From positions 31,337,894 to 31,401,893 of the forward strand of contig JAUZTB010000033.1 in the NCBI GenBank assembly GCA_034780895.1: a stretch of 64,000 bases of DNA, in the 5' to 3' direction. Numbering within the stretch: the first letter of the stretch is position 1; every line of letters begins with the position of its first letter. The stretch is from Rhynchobatus australiae (Eukaryota). The notes under the pieces are model-generated. The model saw nothing but the letters and a program-made list of their open reading frames with translations, was not told the DNA's origin and made no database searches. Made by a program: the position numbers and the translations under genes. Positions 37,405-50,127 of the stretch are shown here, piece after piece.

Positions 37405-38345
37405 AGAACATTACAGCAAAGTATGGGCCCTTCAGCCCAAGATGTTGTGCTGACATTTTATCCTGATCCAATATCTAACTCTTCCCTCCCACATAGCCCC
37501 CTCCATCTTTTTTTAAATCATTCACGTGGCTACCTAAGAGTCTCTTAAATGTCACTAATGTATCTGCCCGCAAAACCTCTGCCAGCAGTACATTTCATGC
37601 ACCCAGCACTCTGTGTAAAATAAAATTACCTCTGACATCCCTCTTATACTTTCCATAGAACAATACAGGCCCTTCGGCCCACCATGTTGTGCCAACCTTC
37701 AAACCACACCTAAGACTACCTAACCCCTTCCTCCCACATATCCCCCTATTTTAAATTGCTCCGTATGCTTATCTAACAATCTCTTGAACTTGACCAACAT
37801 ATCAGCCTCCACCACCGCAGGCAGTGCATTCCATGCGGCAACCACTCTCTGGGTAAAAAAACCTCTCTCTGACATCTTCCTTGAACTTCCCAACCCATTA
37901 CCTAAAAGCCATGCCCTCTTGTCTTGAGCATTGGTGCCCTGGGAAAGAGGCACTGGCTGTCCACTATCTATTCCTCTTAATATTTTGTATACCTCTATCA
38001 AGTCTCCCCTCATCCTTATTCTCTCAAATAAGTAAAGCCCTAGCTCCTTCAGTCCAAGAGAAAAGCCTATCCTCATAAGACAGGCTCTCCAACCCAAGCA
38101 ACACCCTGGTAAATCTCCTCTGCACCCTCTCTAATGAAGTGACCAGATCTGAACACAATACTCCAAGTGTGGTCTAACCAATACCGCTGGGGTACTTCAC
38201 TAGTTCCATTCTTCCAGCCTGAAAAGGACCATTTATTACAACTCTTTTTTAATGTGACAGCCAGTTTTCAATCCATGTTAGCAAACTTTTCAATATTTGG
38301 GTATTTGTGCACCACCTTGCCTAAGGCCTTTTGAAAACCAAACCT
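37405..38345 (-). mobile_element. Stacked CR1 3' ends (one ~37405-37650, a second from ~37655)
   Basis: Two tails (ggcccttcagccca and ggcccttcggccca); ORF 37720-38097 RMRGDLIEVYKILRG...FFTQRVVAAWNALP. Confidence 0.85.
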
Positions 38346-39399
38346 ATGGCTTTTTGGGCCATGTGCTAAATATGTACTGTACAAGTTGCAAATTAGCAGG
38401 GATAGGCTACAAATCATTCAGTGAGGATAAATGATCAGAGAACGAGAAGAATCAAAACTACAGTGGTGCAAGTATAAAAGTAGTTGCAGAAAACAAGTAT
38501 TTGAAGTGATTAAAACAAATTAATTTATTTGGCGAAGAGTCTTTGGACTTGCACTCAAATTCCAAACTACACACTTCCATTGGTCAAATTACATAGTTCA
38601 TAAATCATACATACAATTATTGCTTCCATGATGTTGTTGCAGTGGCAATGAGGTTAGTGAAAAAGGTAGGCTTTCTCCCAACCCAGCATCACAACTCAGA
38701 ATACTTTGGCCTTTTTCACATCAAATGCTTTTGATTTTAAATGTTTTCTGCAACAAGCTTAACTGAGAAGTATTTTATCCAAATTGGTTAGTCAACGTTC
38801 AAGAGTACAGTGATTTGAATGAGGGACAAACAATTGATTCCTGTAGATTACAAAAAGTGGCAGAGGCTCAGTCCAGATCATGAGGGATTTGTTCAGTTCA
38901 CCTTTCCTGCCATTTCATGACTCAATAAAGAAGTGTATTGGATGCATGCCTATTAGCTGCTAAGGAAAGTGGTACCTTAAGGTGCATTATGACCATCTTA
39001 TTAGACAATATCACTTGGTTACACCTTGTAACATGCTTGAATGATGTTTGCAATTCAAGTGAAAGTCAACTGCCACAAATAAACCAAAAAGGTGATGTCT
39101 ATTTGAAGCTCGATAGCTAACTCACTTGATGTCAGTGATGTGCATTTTGAAAGACCAGTTCAGAAAAACCCACAATACATTATACTGAGAATGAGGATAG
39201 GACATGATGAAGGTCCCTGGCTATGGAAAGAAAGATGGGGCAAGTTTGCAAATGTGGAGCAAAAAAATTCCTTGAAAGCAAAATAAAGTTGGCACAAGCA
39301 AAGGGAAGCTCAAGCTTAAGGTAGTAGATAAGATGGTAGAAATGGTTCAAGTGGCTTATATTGGACTCAGGAAATGTAACCAAATGCAAGGGGAATTTA

Positions 39400-39810
39400 C
39401 CATAGAACAATACAGCACAACACAGGCCCTTTGGCCCACCATGTTGTACCGCCCATCTAACCACACCTCACACCATCTAACCCTTTCCTCCCGCATATCC
39501 CTCTATCCCACATTCCTCCATATGCCTATCCAACANNNNNNNNNNNNNNNNNNNNNNNNNNNNNNNNNNNNNNNNNNNNNNNNNNNNNNNNNNNNNNNNN
39601 NNNNNNNNNNNNNNNNNNNNNNNNNNNNNNNNNNNTCCCCCTGAACTTCCCCCCCATTATTTTAAATCCATGCCCTCTTGTCTTAAGCATCAGTGACCTG
39701 GGGAAAGAAGCACTGGCTGTCTACTCTATCTATCCCTCTCAACATTTTTACACCTCTATCATGTCTGCCCTCATCATCCTCCTCTCCAGTGAGAAAAGCC
39801 CTAGTACTTC
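39400..39810 (-). mobile_element. CR1 3' fragment
   Basis: catagaacaatacagcacaacacaggccctttggcccacc; homologous to 37655-38050. Confidence 0.8.
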
Positions 39811-41189
39811 CCTGGAACATTTGAGGCTATAAATGACTATGTTAATGTGGCCATCTCGGAGCAGAAATAAAAGCTATTTGTAGCAGTGACGAATGAGAAG
39901 CACTAGCACATCTGTTGGCACCATGGAGTGGTGTCAACATTGCAGTTGATGAGAATATTGAGGCAGAAAGCAGAGTTCAATCCAGCATGATGCAAAATGC
40001 ATCGGAGTTACGTGTTTGGTACTCAGAACCAGATATTAGATGGTGGCATTTGGGGATTGCATTATCAATCTGAGAAAGTTAGGAAGATAGCACAACTTCA
40101 TCGAGTGTTCAAGGACAAGATACTGTATGGCTTAAATAAAGTAACCAGGCAAAACTCATTAAACTTACTACTTTAAGGAACAAGAATTGTGATTTTAATG
40201 AAAATGGTACTAAGAAATGTGATGGTTCACTCAGTTTAAGGAGGTGCAGGATCATGGGATAAAGCTACAGGGACCTTAAGGCATTGCCAGCACACCTTCT
40301 CCATCATGGTTACATGGGTATTAAAGGACATTCTTAGGGAGTGGAAAGCAGCTAATGACAGGGGCACAGCAATCACGAATGCAAAGACAGGTCCCATTAT
40401 CAATGTCAGGGAAACTAAGCTGCCCAATTACAGTAACCCACTGTCATAATTGTAATAAAATTGGACACCGAGTCTGCAGAAGCTGACAGAATGACTGTCC
40501 ATATTTGCTTGGAGCCAAAATCTGTACCCAGATTGGTGCTCCAAATACCACTGGTATTTGTGAACTCTATAGTCCTTTACCATGATAGAGATGAATGTTA
40601 ACATGGTAAAAGGCCTATAGAGGTCATAAGTACGATGAAAATAAAATGGTCAGCTCATTATAAACGGTGAATACTGCAGCAGATTGCTCAGTAATGGGAC
40701 GAGGCACTCACGGGCATAACCATGGACAAATCACACTAATGGAAAGTTACATCCAATAATACACATTCCTTGGAGAAGTGTAAAAACAATGGGAAAAATA
40801 AGGTGCACTATGGATTAAGATAATCGGAGTAATCAACTTCCAATAACTGTAACAGTCCATACTAGTGAAGTCAAAGTGTCTGGGTAGATCAGAAGTTCAG
40901 CTATGACTCTGCATCAGATAACGGCTGCAAGTGAAGGCAGGTTGCAGCACAGATACCATGATAAGCATTACACCAGACAGACAGCGACAGAACAAATATC
41001 TTTTACAATATTTTTATTGAATCCATGCAAAAAAAGTACATAAAGAATAAAAATACTACTAAACAAATATCAATATATAAAAAAAAATCNNNNNNNNNNN
41101 NNNNNNNNNNNNNNNNNNNNNNNNNNNNNNNNNNNNNNNNNNNNNNNNNNNNNNNNNNNNNNNNNNNNNNNNNNNNNNNNNNNNNNNNN

Positions 41190-41592
41190 CTGATTTACCA
41201 AAGTGAGGGCGAGGGGTGGCTCAGAAGGCATCTTTGATGGTTGTATCGCAATGGTCAAGGGTGTTAGGGCTCCTGGTGGGACAGGAGATGTGCTGGTAGT
41301 ACTTTGGTAACACACTCGTTAGGTTGGCCTGGTTGAAGTCACCTGCAATAATGGAGGAGGGCCTCAGGGTATCCTGTCTCAAGGTTGTTGACAACAGAGT
41401 ATAGTTCATTAAGTGCAGGCTTCATGTCCGTCTGGGATGGGATGTAGCCTGCCATCAGAATAGCTGAATTGAACTCCTGTGGCATGTAGTATGTTCGACA
41501 CTTCAGTTTTAGGTATTCCAGGCTGGGTGAACAGGAGCTCGCCAGGATCAACACGTCCAAGTTGTTGATTAAGAAGCAGACCCCTCTGCCTG
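41190..41592 (-). mobile_element. Rex1/Babar LINE apurinic-endonuclease fragment
   Basis: GRGVCFLIN...CSPSLEYLKLKCRTYYMPQEF...YIPSQ and IIAGDFNQANL...YYQHISCPTR..TLDHC, frameshifted. Confidence 0.85.
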
Positions 41593-41730
41593 TAGTGCTG
41601 GAAATACGCAGCAGAGCAGGCCACATCTGCAGAAATAGAAACAAAATTAACATTTCAGGTTGAAGGCCCTTGATCAGAAATGGGAAGGAGAGAAAAGATG
41701 CCTGTTAAACTGCAGGGAAGGTGGGGGAGA
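41593..41730 (-). mobile_element. Penelope-like terminal repeat with hammerhead-like core
   Basis: Minus strand CTGATCA-AGGGCCTTCAACCT-GAAAT-GTT...gatgtggcctgctctgctgcgtatttccagcac. Confidence 0.65.
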
Positions 41731-43432
41731 ACCAAAGTGACCATGGCAATAAGCTGTAAACAAGGTTATTTAGTCAATGAGTGAATGGGATCAGCCAGAG
41801 AGACAGAATGTAGGTAAATGAGAGAGACAGAATGCAAGCCCACTATGTCAACCTGCCAACCTCAAAATCACCTGTTTATTGCCACTGATTTCTGTCTTTG
41901 ACCCAATCATATCTGCATTCTAACAGTGCCTAATCCTCTGATGCCTTGTTTCATATAAGAATCTTTTGTTTGGTGTCTTTTGAAAATAAAGATGTTTGCT
42001 GCTGCTTCTTTATTTATACTGCTATTTAATTTATCAGAAACTTACGCTTGTCAAAGGCCATTTCTTTTCCATACATTAACATTGACCATGCCTGTCACAG
42101 AATCCTGAATAATGGGCATTTTTCTAATTACTGACATCAGGTTAACTGGCTTGTGATTTCCCCATTTCTCCCTTCTTTCTTGAACAGGGTTCTTATATTT
42201 CCTACTTTACATTCTAGAGGAACTTTGTTGAACCTCATACTTCATGAATGTCTGTTCAAGTTATATGCAATTCTAGACACTGCACATTAATAAGTAAGTC
42301 AGTGCCTCAGACTGCATTTTGAGCAGGTTTAGCTTAATGATACAAAGGATGAGATCAATTGCTTGGAGATGCTGGAAAACCTGAGATTGGATTGCAGGGT
42401 TGTTGGTGGGGATTAAGAATGGGCAGGATGGAGATATATTTGAAATGTTGACACAATGAGGAATCTGGATTAAGAAATCACGAAAAGTTCCCAATGGCAG
42501 GCAAGTCATTACCAAGGTCATAACAGTAAATTGATTAGTAAAGGAATTAGAGAAATTTGTGGAGAAATGGATTGTTATGATCTGGAGCATATAACAAAGG
42601 TGATGGAAACAAATTCAGTGTTAGTTTTGAAAGCGGTAATCTGATTAAATATTTCAAAACAAACATTTTCCAGGGCTGAAGGGACAGAGTTGAATGTGTG
42701 ACTCGTAGAAAACTTGGCAGTTCTCTGATACAATGAACTGAATGTTCTCATTTGATTTGATGAGCAGGTCAGAGGAGAAATGGAGGGTATTCAATGAGAA
42801 CAGATCAAAAGAAACTGGAAGGATTACAGGACAGGGGAAGAAGTGTCAGCACCTTCAGGAGAGAAAGTGGATCCAATGTGCAGAACTGAACCCAGCTAAA
42901 ATCAACATGTTCACAGGAGGAGGCAGACAGGAACTAGTTTGTGCAAAATTGAACCCAGTCAGCTAGCACCTTCAGTAAAGAGAGAAAAGAAAACCAAAAC
43001 AAAAATCTTTGGCTTGGGGCAACAGGTTTGAATTTTGAGTGGAAAAAAACATTAACAAATATTAGAATTGTCTGAAATAAATTTCAATCCAGTGTTTACA
43101 ACACTGACTTTTGTAAATTCCTTTTACAGGATGTCAGAAGATGAGGCCATACGTTTAGGAAATTTAGGCTAATCATTATGTAAACTGACAATAAGTGGAT
43201 TAATCAGAATCTGATTACTATTGGTGCTGAATATGAAAGAAAAAACGTTTGCTTTGTCAATGAGAACATCGGTGTGACTAGAACAGCATCAAGACAGACA
43301 AACTCAAATGGCCAGTTGACCGACGATGCAAAAAAGTTCAACCTGTCACAGTCTGAAATACACTAGGAGAAGTAGAGTACGTCCTATGTGTGAACAAGGC
43401 TTCAATCTCGAAAGAGAGGAGTGTGTGCATCT

Positions 43433-43939
43433 ATGGAAAAACCATGTACATGTCGCGACTGTGGCAAGGGATTCAGTTATCCATCCCAGTTGGAAAATCA
43501 TCGACGTAGTCACACTGGGGAGAAACCATTCACCTGCACCATGTGTGGGAAGGGATTCACACAGTCATTTTGCCTCCAGTCACATCAGCGAGTTCACACT
43601 GATGAGAGACCATTTAGTTGCTCTCATTGTGAGAAGAGGTTCAGGTGTTCATCCAACCTTATCCAACACCTACGAGTTCACACCGGAGAGAAGCCATTCA
43701 CTTGTTCTGTATGTTCAAAGGGCTTCAGTCAATCATCCACTCTGCTGACACACCAGAGAGTTCACACTGGGGAGAGGCCATTCACCTGTTCCATGTGTGA
43801 GAAGGGATTCACCAATACATCCCACCTTCTGAAACACCTGCGAGTTCATACAGGAGAGAAACCATTCACCTGCTCTGTGTGTGGAAAGGGATTTGCTCAG
43901 TCATCCACCCTGCTGAGACACCAGCGAGTTCATAAATGA
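43433..43939 (+). CDS. Tandem C2H2 zinc-finger protein (6 fingers, 168 aa, no KRAB), nested antisense in PIK3C2A intron 1
   Basis: ATG at 43433 ([14 protein letters not shown]...); six intact CxxC-x12-HxxxH fingers with TGEKPF/TGERPF/TDERPF linkers; TGA at 43937-43939. Upstream branch point cactgac and acceptor ttccttttacag (43129); AATAAA at 44148-44153. Confidence 0.85.
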   Translation: MEKPCTCRDCGKGFSYPSQLENHRRSHTGEKPFTCTMCGKGFTQSFCLQSHQRVHTDERPFSCSHCEKRFRCSSNLIQHLRVHTGEKPFTCSVCSKGFSQSSTLLTHQRVHTGERPFTCSMCEKGFTNTSHLLKHLRVHTGEKPFTCSVCGKGFAQSSTLLRHQRVHK

Positions 43940-44231
43940 CTCTCATTCTGTTATTAGTACTACTATTAATCACATTCAGAACTAAATTACATCCATTCTG
44001 TCAATCAGAGATTTCTTTTCCCCATATAACGGGCTGGCTTTTGATACTTTGTATGTATAGCTCATTGACTTTTTGAGACTGCAATAACCTTGAAGGATCA
44101 CTTCCTGTGACATTTAACTTAAGGATTCTCAACAGAAATTTATTTGCAATAAAATTGTGAACTTTTACTTCATGACTAAAATTTCATCAACTTAAAATTT
44201 ACATTTTCGAAAGATCAACTTGAAAGGTCCT

Positions 44232-46440
44232 TAGTTTCAAGTTACTTATGGATAAGGACAGTTCTGGTCCTCGAGCTCAGGTTCTAAATTGGAGAAAGGC
44301 CAATTTTGTGGAAACGAGAAAGGATCGAGGAAGAGTGGATTGGGATGATTTGTTTTCTGGCAAGGATGTGCATAGCAAGTGGAAGGCCTTCAAAGATGAA
44401 ATGTTGAGAGTGCAGAGTTTGCATGTTCCTGCCAGGATTAAAGGCAAAGTTAAAAAGCATAGGGAACCTTGATTTTCAAGGGATATTGGCGATCTGGTTA
44501 AGAAAAAGAGAGGTGTATAGCAGGTATAGGCAACTAGGAACAAATGACGTACTTGAAGAGTATAGAAAAAGTAAGAAAATACTAAAAAAAGGAAATCAGG
44601 AAGGCAAAAAGAAGACATGAGGTTGCTTTGGCAGATAATGTGAAAGTAAATCCGAAGTATTTCTCTAAGTATATGAAGAATAAAAGGATAGTAAGGGACA
44701 AATTGGTCCCCTAGAAGATCAGAGTGGTCATCTATGTGTGGAGCCTCAGGTTATGGGGGAGATCTTAAACAATTTTTTTGCATCAGTATTTACACAGGAA
44801 ATGGGCATAGTGCATATAGAAGGAAGGGAAACAAGCAATAAAGTCATGGAACATATCGAGATTAAAGAGGAGGGTGCTTGCTGCCTTACAGTGAATAAAG
44901 GTAGATAAGTCCCCTGGGCCAGATAAGATATTTCCTCGGACATTGAGGGAGACGAGTGTAGAAATTGCAGGGGCCCTGGCAGATAAAATGTCCTTAGCCA
45001 CGGGTGCAGTGCCGGAGGACTGGAGGGTAGCTCATATTGTTCCGTTGTTTAAAAAAGGCTCTAAAAGTAAACCAGGTAATTACAGGCCAGTGAGCCTGAC
45101 ATCAGTAGTGGGTAAATTATTGGAAGGTGTTCTGAGAGATCGGATATACAAGTATTTGGACAGTCAAGGGCTGATTAAGGATAGTCAGCATGGCTTTGTG
45201 CGCAGTAGATTGTGTTTAACGAATCTTGTAGAGTTTTTTTTGAGGAGGTTAAAGTGAAACTAGATGAAGGAAAGGCTGTGGATGTTGTCTACATGGACTT
45301 TAGTAAGGCCTTTGGCAAGGTCCCACATGAGAGGTCAGTTCAGAAGGTATCCTAGTTCAGTCACTATCCATGTAAAGGTTGTAAACTGGATTCATAATTG
45401 GCTGTGTGGGAGAAGACAGAGAGTGGCAGTGGATGATTGTTTCTCAGACTGGAGGCCTGTGACTAGTGGCATGCCACAGGGATCTGTGCTGGGGCCATTG
45501 TTGTCTGTTGTCTACATAAACCATCTAGATGATAATGTGGTAAATTGGATCAGCAAGTTTGCTGATGACACTAAGATTGGAGGCATAGTGGAGAACAAAG
45601 GCGGCTTTCAAAGCTTGCAGAGGGATCTGGACTGGAAAAGTGGGCCAGAAAATGGCAGATGGAATTTAATGCAGACTAGTGTGAGGTGCTGCATTTTGGA
45701 AGGCCAAATCAAGGTAGGTCATATACAGTAAATGGTAAGGCACTGAGGAGTGCGGAGGAACAAAAAGGGGTCTGGGAGTTCAGATACATAATTCCCTGAA
45801 AGTGGCATCACAGGTAGACAGGGTTGTAAAAAAAGGCTTTTAGCATCCTGGTATTCATAAATCAAAGTATTGAGTACAGGGGTTGGCATGTTATGGTGAG
45901 GTTGTACAAGTCATTGGTGAGGCCAAATTTGGAGTATTGTGTGCTGTTCTGGTCACCTACAGTAAGATTGAAAGAGTACAGAGCAGATTTACAAGAATGT
46001 TGCTGGGTCTTCAGGAGTTGAGTTACAGGGAAAGATTGAACAGGTTCGGACTTTATTACTTGGAGCATTGAAGAATGAGGGGAGGTTTTATAGAGGTTTA
46101 CAAAATTATGAGGGGCATAGACAGAGTTAATGTGATTAGGCTCTTTCTACCTAGATTAGGAGAGACAAGTACAAGAGGACATGGTTTGGGTGAAAGGGGA
46201 AGGTTTAGGGCAAACTTCTTCACTTAGAGTGGTGGGAGTGTGGAACAGGCTGCCATCCGATGTGGTAAATGGGGGCTCACTCTTGAGTTTTAAGAATAAA
46301 TTGGATAGTTACGTGGACGGGAGAGGTCTGGAGGGTTACGTACTGGGTGCCGGTAAGTAGGATTAGCGGAATAACATTTCGGCACAGACTAGAAGGGTCG
46401 AATGGCCTGTTTTCTGTGCTGTAGTGTTCTATGGTTCTAT
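44232..46440 (+). mobile_element. CR1 LINE ORF2, ~2.2 kb, 5'-truncated and frameshifted, with complete RT and 3' tail
   Basis: LNWRKANF, VPEDWRVAHIVPLFKKGSKSKPGNYRPVSLTSVVGK, SQHGF, PQGSVLGPLL, KFADDTK; ends in gtgttctatggttctat. Confidence 0.95.
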
Positions 46441-49400
46441 CATGGAGACAGGATGCTACAGATTTTTAGAATTCCTGCTTCAAGTTGAAGTAGGATCATA
46501 GGCTACATTTGTTGAAATTAAGAATACAGAGGCTGTTGAATCCACATTGAAACAACCCAGGTTGGGTACTCACTTTGAGGAGAGCATAACTATATTCAAG
46601 GTGAAGGACAGGGAAGCACAGCAAAATTTGAAGATACTTTTTGCAGATGAGGTACTGCGTTCCAACACAAATACAACACACAAGTGTGATTATAATGGAA
46701 TGTCACTGATTAAAGCACTGACTGTAAAACCAGGCTGGGAACAAGATGATACAAGCAAAGGTACCAAATGACACCACTATTCTTGACTGGGAGCAAGACA
46801 ACAGTGGCACACATTTCCCACATGGATTTGTAGATAAGATTCATAGAATGCTGTAGCCACAGGGCCCATCAGAATATATACAGCATCATTTGATAGAAAA
46901 TACCAAAGAACCTAAAGGAAACTATATCATGGGGGGAAAAAAAAAGTGATCTAAAACTAGCATTGGACTATTGGAAATGTTACCAGAGACTCAGGACTGG
47001 AAAGCCTATACCCTGGAACCAGAGCATGAAAGGTAGTGACAAGTTATTGTGAAAACAAAAAAAAAGCAATGGAGGTAGGAAGGGAAGTCTAACAAGTGAC
47101 ATTGGTCATTCAATCATATACGTGTTGCTTGGGGAACTTCTTGATTGTGTGTTCTCAGTCTGAAGGAAAAAGTGACAAAATGCCAAAGCCCAGCAAATTG
47201 ATTCACAATCAGATCAATGGGACATCTGGCACTAGATGATGGATCACAGTACTGCCAATACATGGTTAAAATCAGTTTGGAGACATTTTGGAAAGGTGAA
47301 ATCAATGGAGAAGTCTCCAGAAGGGAAGCAGAGTTAAGATCTGCAATTCAAAACTTCAAAAGGGGAAGCTATGGAGAGAATGAACATTGTCACCCTGCTC
47401 TGCAATTACTTTCTGGAACCACCATGAGGGTGGGGAGGGGCGAGGGTTGCAGAAATGTTCAGCAACACAACTAAAAGAAAGTGCATCATTTCTGGATATG
47501 ATGCCAAGAACATGTCTCTGCAACTGACTGACCCCATTAGCATGGCTATGGTCTTGGAAGCTGAAAATCCCCATAAATTCAAATTTAAGCACAGCTTTAA
47601 ATACACAAAACATTTTAAAAAGTATGTGGTAGTTTGGACAATAAGATCATGAAACCTCAAGATTTCCACTTTCTTTCTTTCATGTTGTAAGGTAACCAGA
47701 AGTAGAGAACAGTTACCACAAAAATAAGCAAAGTGAAAAAAGACATTTCCAAGGAAATTGGAAAATCAGAACAATCTGTTAGTGCAGCAATAACCTATTC
47801 AATGTTTTTCCTAAAATCTACCCAGTCTAACTTCATGTTACTCCCTCCATGTACATTCTATTCTTCAACAGTCTACTCCTATTAATGCAAAATTGTTTCT
47901 CCTTTGCTTCAGTTCTTTAGTTGAAGCTACAAGAACTAGGCATTTACCATAATAAAACATCAAGAGAAAACCCCAGAAAGTATGGATTCTACTCCAACAA
48001 AATTCCGTGGCACACAATTCCATACAAATCTCTTAATTCTTTATCATGATTACCTTACAAAGTATACTCGCTATTACTGCCGCACTGGCAAATGGAAATA
48101 AACAGGACAAAAACAAGATAGATCTTGCCTAACCAACATAACCTGACATCAGTCCAATTCTGGTCACCATTCATGGATTAGATACTTTCCTGTCCATTTT
48201 AAACTGTTTACAACCATCAATTAAATAGAAGGGCAACGTTACCACACTACTTGCATCCCAGTAGCATTTTAATATTCTTATTTTATGAACTAGTACAGCA
48301 ATCAGAGGAGACAGGCATTCGCCTAATTACAAAGTGACAATCAAGAGCTTCAAATCATCTTAAATCAATATTGATCCCAAGGAGAGAAAACCAAGAACAA
48401 AACCTGAGGGAGAGCAAAATAGGATTTAAACCGCACTGCCTTCTTCACAAGTAGATAAATAAATTTAATTACGAGAACCTTGTGTTTAAAGCACCAGTAA
48501 TGAAAACCAGGAGAACAAACTTCTCAATGCTTTTCTAACAAATAACTAAATCTTGAATGTTCTCAATGCCATGTATGTAATTCAGTGTGGCATTACTCCA
48601 TTAGAATATTTTGCATACCGAGAAGAATCTCAAATAAGCTGTTCATTTTCCAGGTATTACCTGCTTCACACATATTCTACACACGTGTCACTACATGAGT
48701 AGGAACCCTTAGGGGCGTACACATAACACCCCAAGAAAATATTAACAAGGCCAAAAACATTTAGTTTCAACTGCTGAACAGGAAAATAAGGTGGCAAAAC
48801 CTGTAAAAATAGTATTAAAAAAGGCCTTTTGGTAATGACCAAGTATAAAGGTATCTGTTTAACAATGGACAATTAATACTTTTCTATTGGTGAAGGGAAA
48901 CTTTTTAAGTTTAAAATAATCAATATTTAAGTGTTCAGTTAGATAGGGATACAAAGAAGGCCAATACGGCAAATAGGAACAGGGTGTACCTGGTTTAGTT
49001 AAAAGGAACTTCAGTTCATTCATTACTGGGAGAAGTTCAATTACCACAGCAAGAATTAAGAGGAAACAGAAGCTGACACCAATTGATCAGGAATGCAGAA
49101 CTATTACTCAGTATTCACAGAATGCATAAATCAGACGCCACTATCAGTACTGAAGAGGAAAGTGTACGCGAGAAATACAAGCAACAAACAAGATGAAGAA
49201 AGGAATATATAGCTGTAGAGGGAGATTTAACTTTACACAACTCATTCTGGAGGAAAGAGATTGAGAGTCTTTCCACGTACTTTTAAATGATTACACAATG
49301 TATCCGATGCACTGCTTTACAGACTTTAGAGTTCTAAAATTCAAATTCTGAATTTTGATGTATTCTGCACCAGGGAGAACAATCTTTTAACCTAGCCAAG

Positions 49401-50127
49401 CATAGCGCTACTGTAAAAATATTCCTACTGTTAACATCTTGTGGGTCAGGGTCTAAATATCAAAGCTTAAATACATAAGATGTCATAAAAAATATAGTAG
49501 TGGTAACATACAGATGTCAGCACAGCTGAGCAGAACAGATGTTCTTTCATATCAAAATACATGGTGAACCACCTCAAAATGTAGGGGCTTGCATAAATTC
49601 TAACTTCAAACACACTGGATAATGCTTTCAAAGAGAAACAATATACAACAAAAAAGTTCTCTAATCATGTTACCTTCACCACAATGGGATGCATCCTAAA
49701 CGAGCCTAAATTCCATACGTTTAAATTGAGATCTGATTCTTAAAAAGTGGTATTCAAGTGTACCGACTCCACTTGCCAGGAGCTTTACATTGCTCAACAA
49801 GCTAACGTAACAGTTAAATGGCAAATATGGAATAAAATTCTTGCAAAAAAGGTCCTTAAAACCTCTCATGACTGCTCATAGCCAATGTGCCCACAATTTT
49901 ATTAAATAATTCACAAATAATTAGAATGCACAAGTTGAAAGATCCTGGATATGGAACAGGTCATGTTCTGGTATCAAATGCATCTGCCAGTACTCAAATA
50001 CCAGAGCTGCTTCCAAACAACCGAAGACCAGTGATTGTTATCTTACTCAGCTAACTGTAACTTGTTTTTATTTCAAAAATAACCTTTAAAAAATACACAA
50101 GTTAATCAAAACAGCACATAGCTTGAA

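Noticed and set aside
43326-43748. 140-aa ORF overlapping the ZNF in another frame
   Set aside because: Mostly an alternative-frame reading of the finger repeats; only its start reflects a decayed finger.
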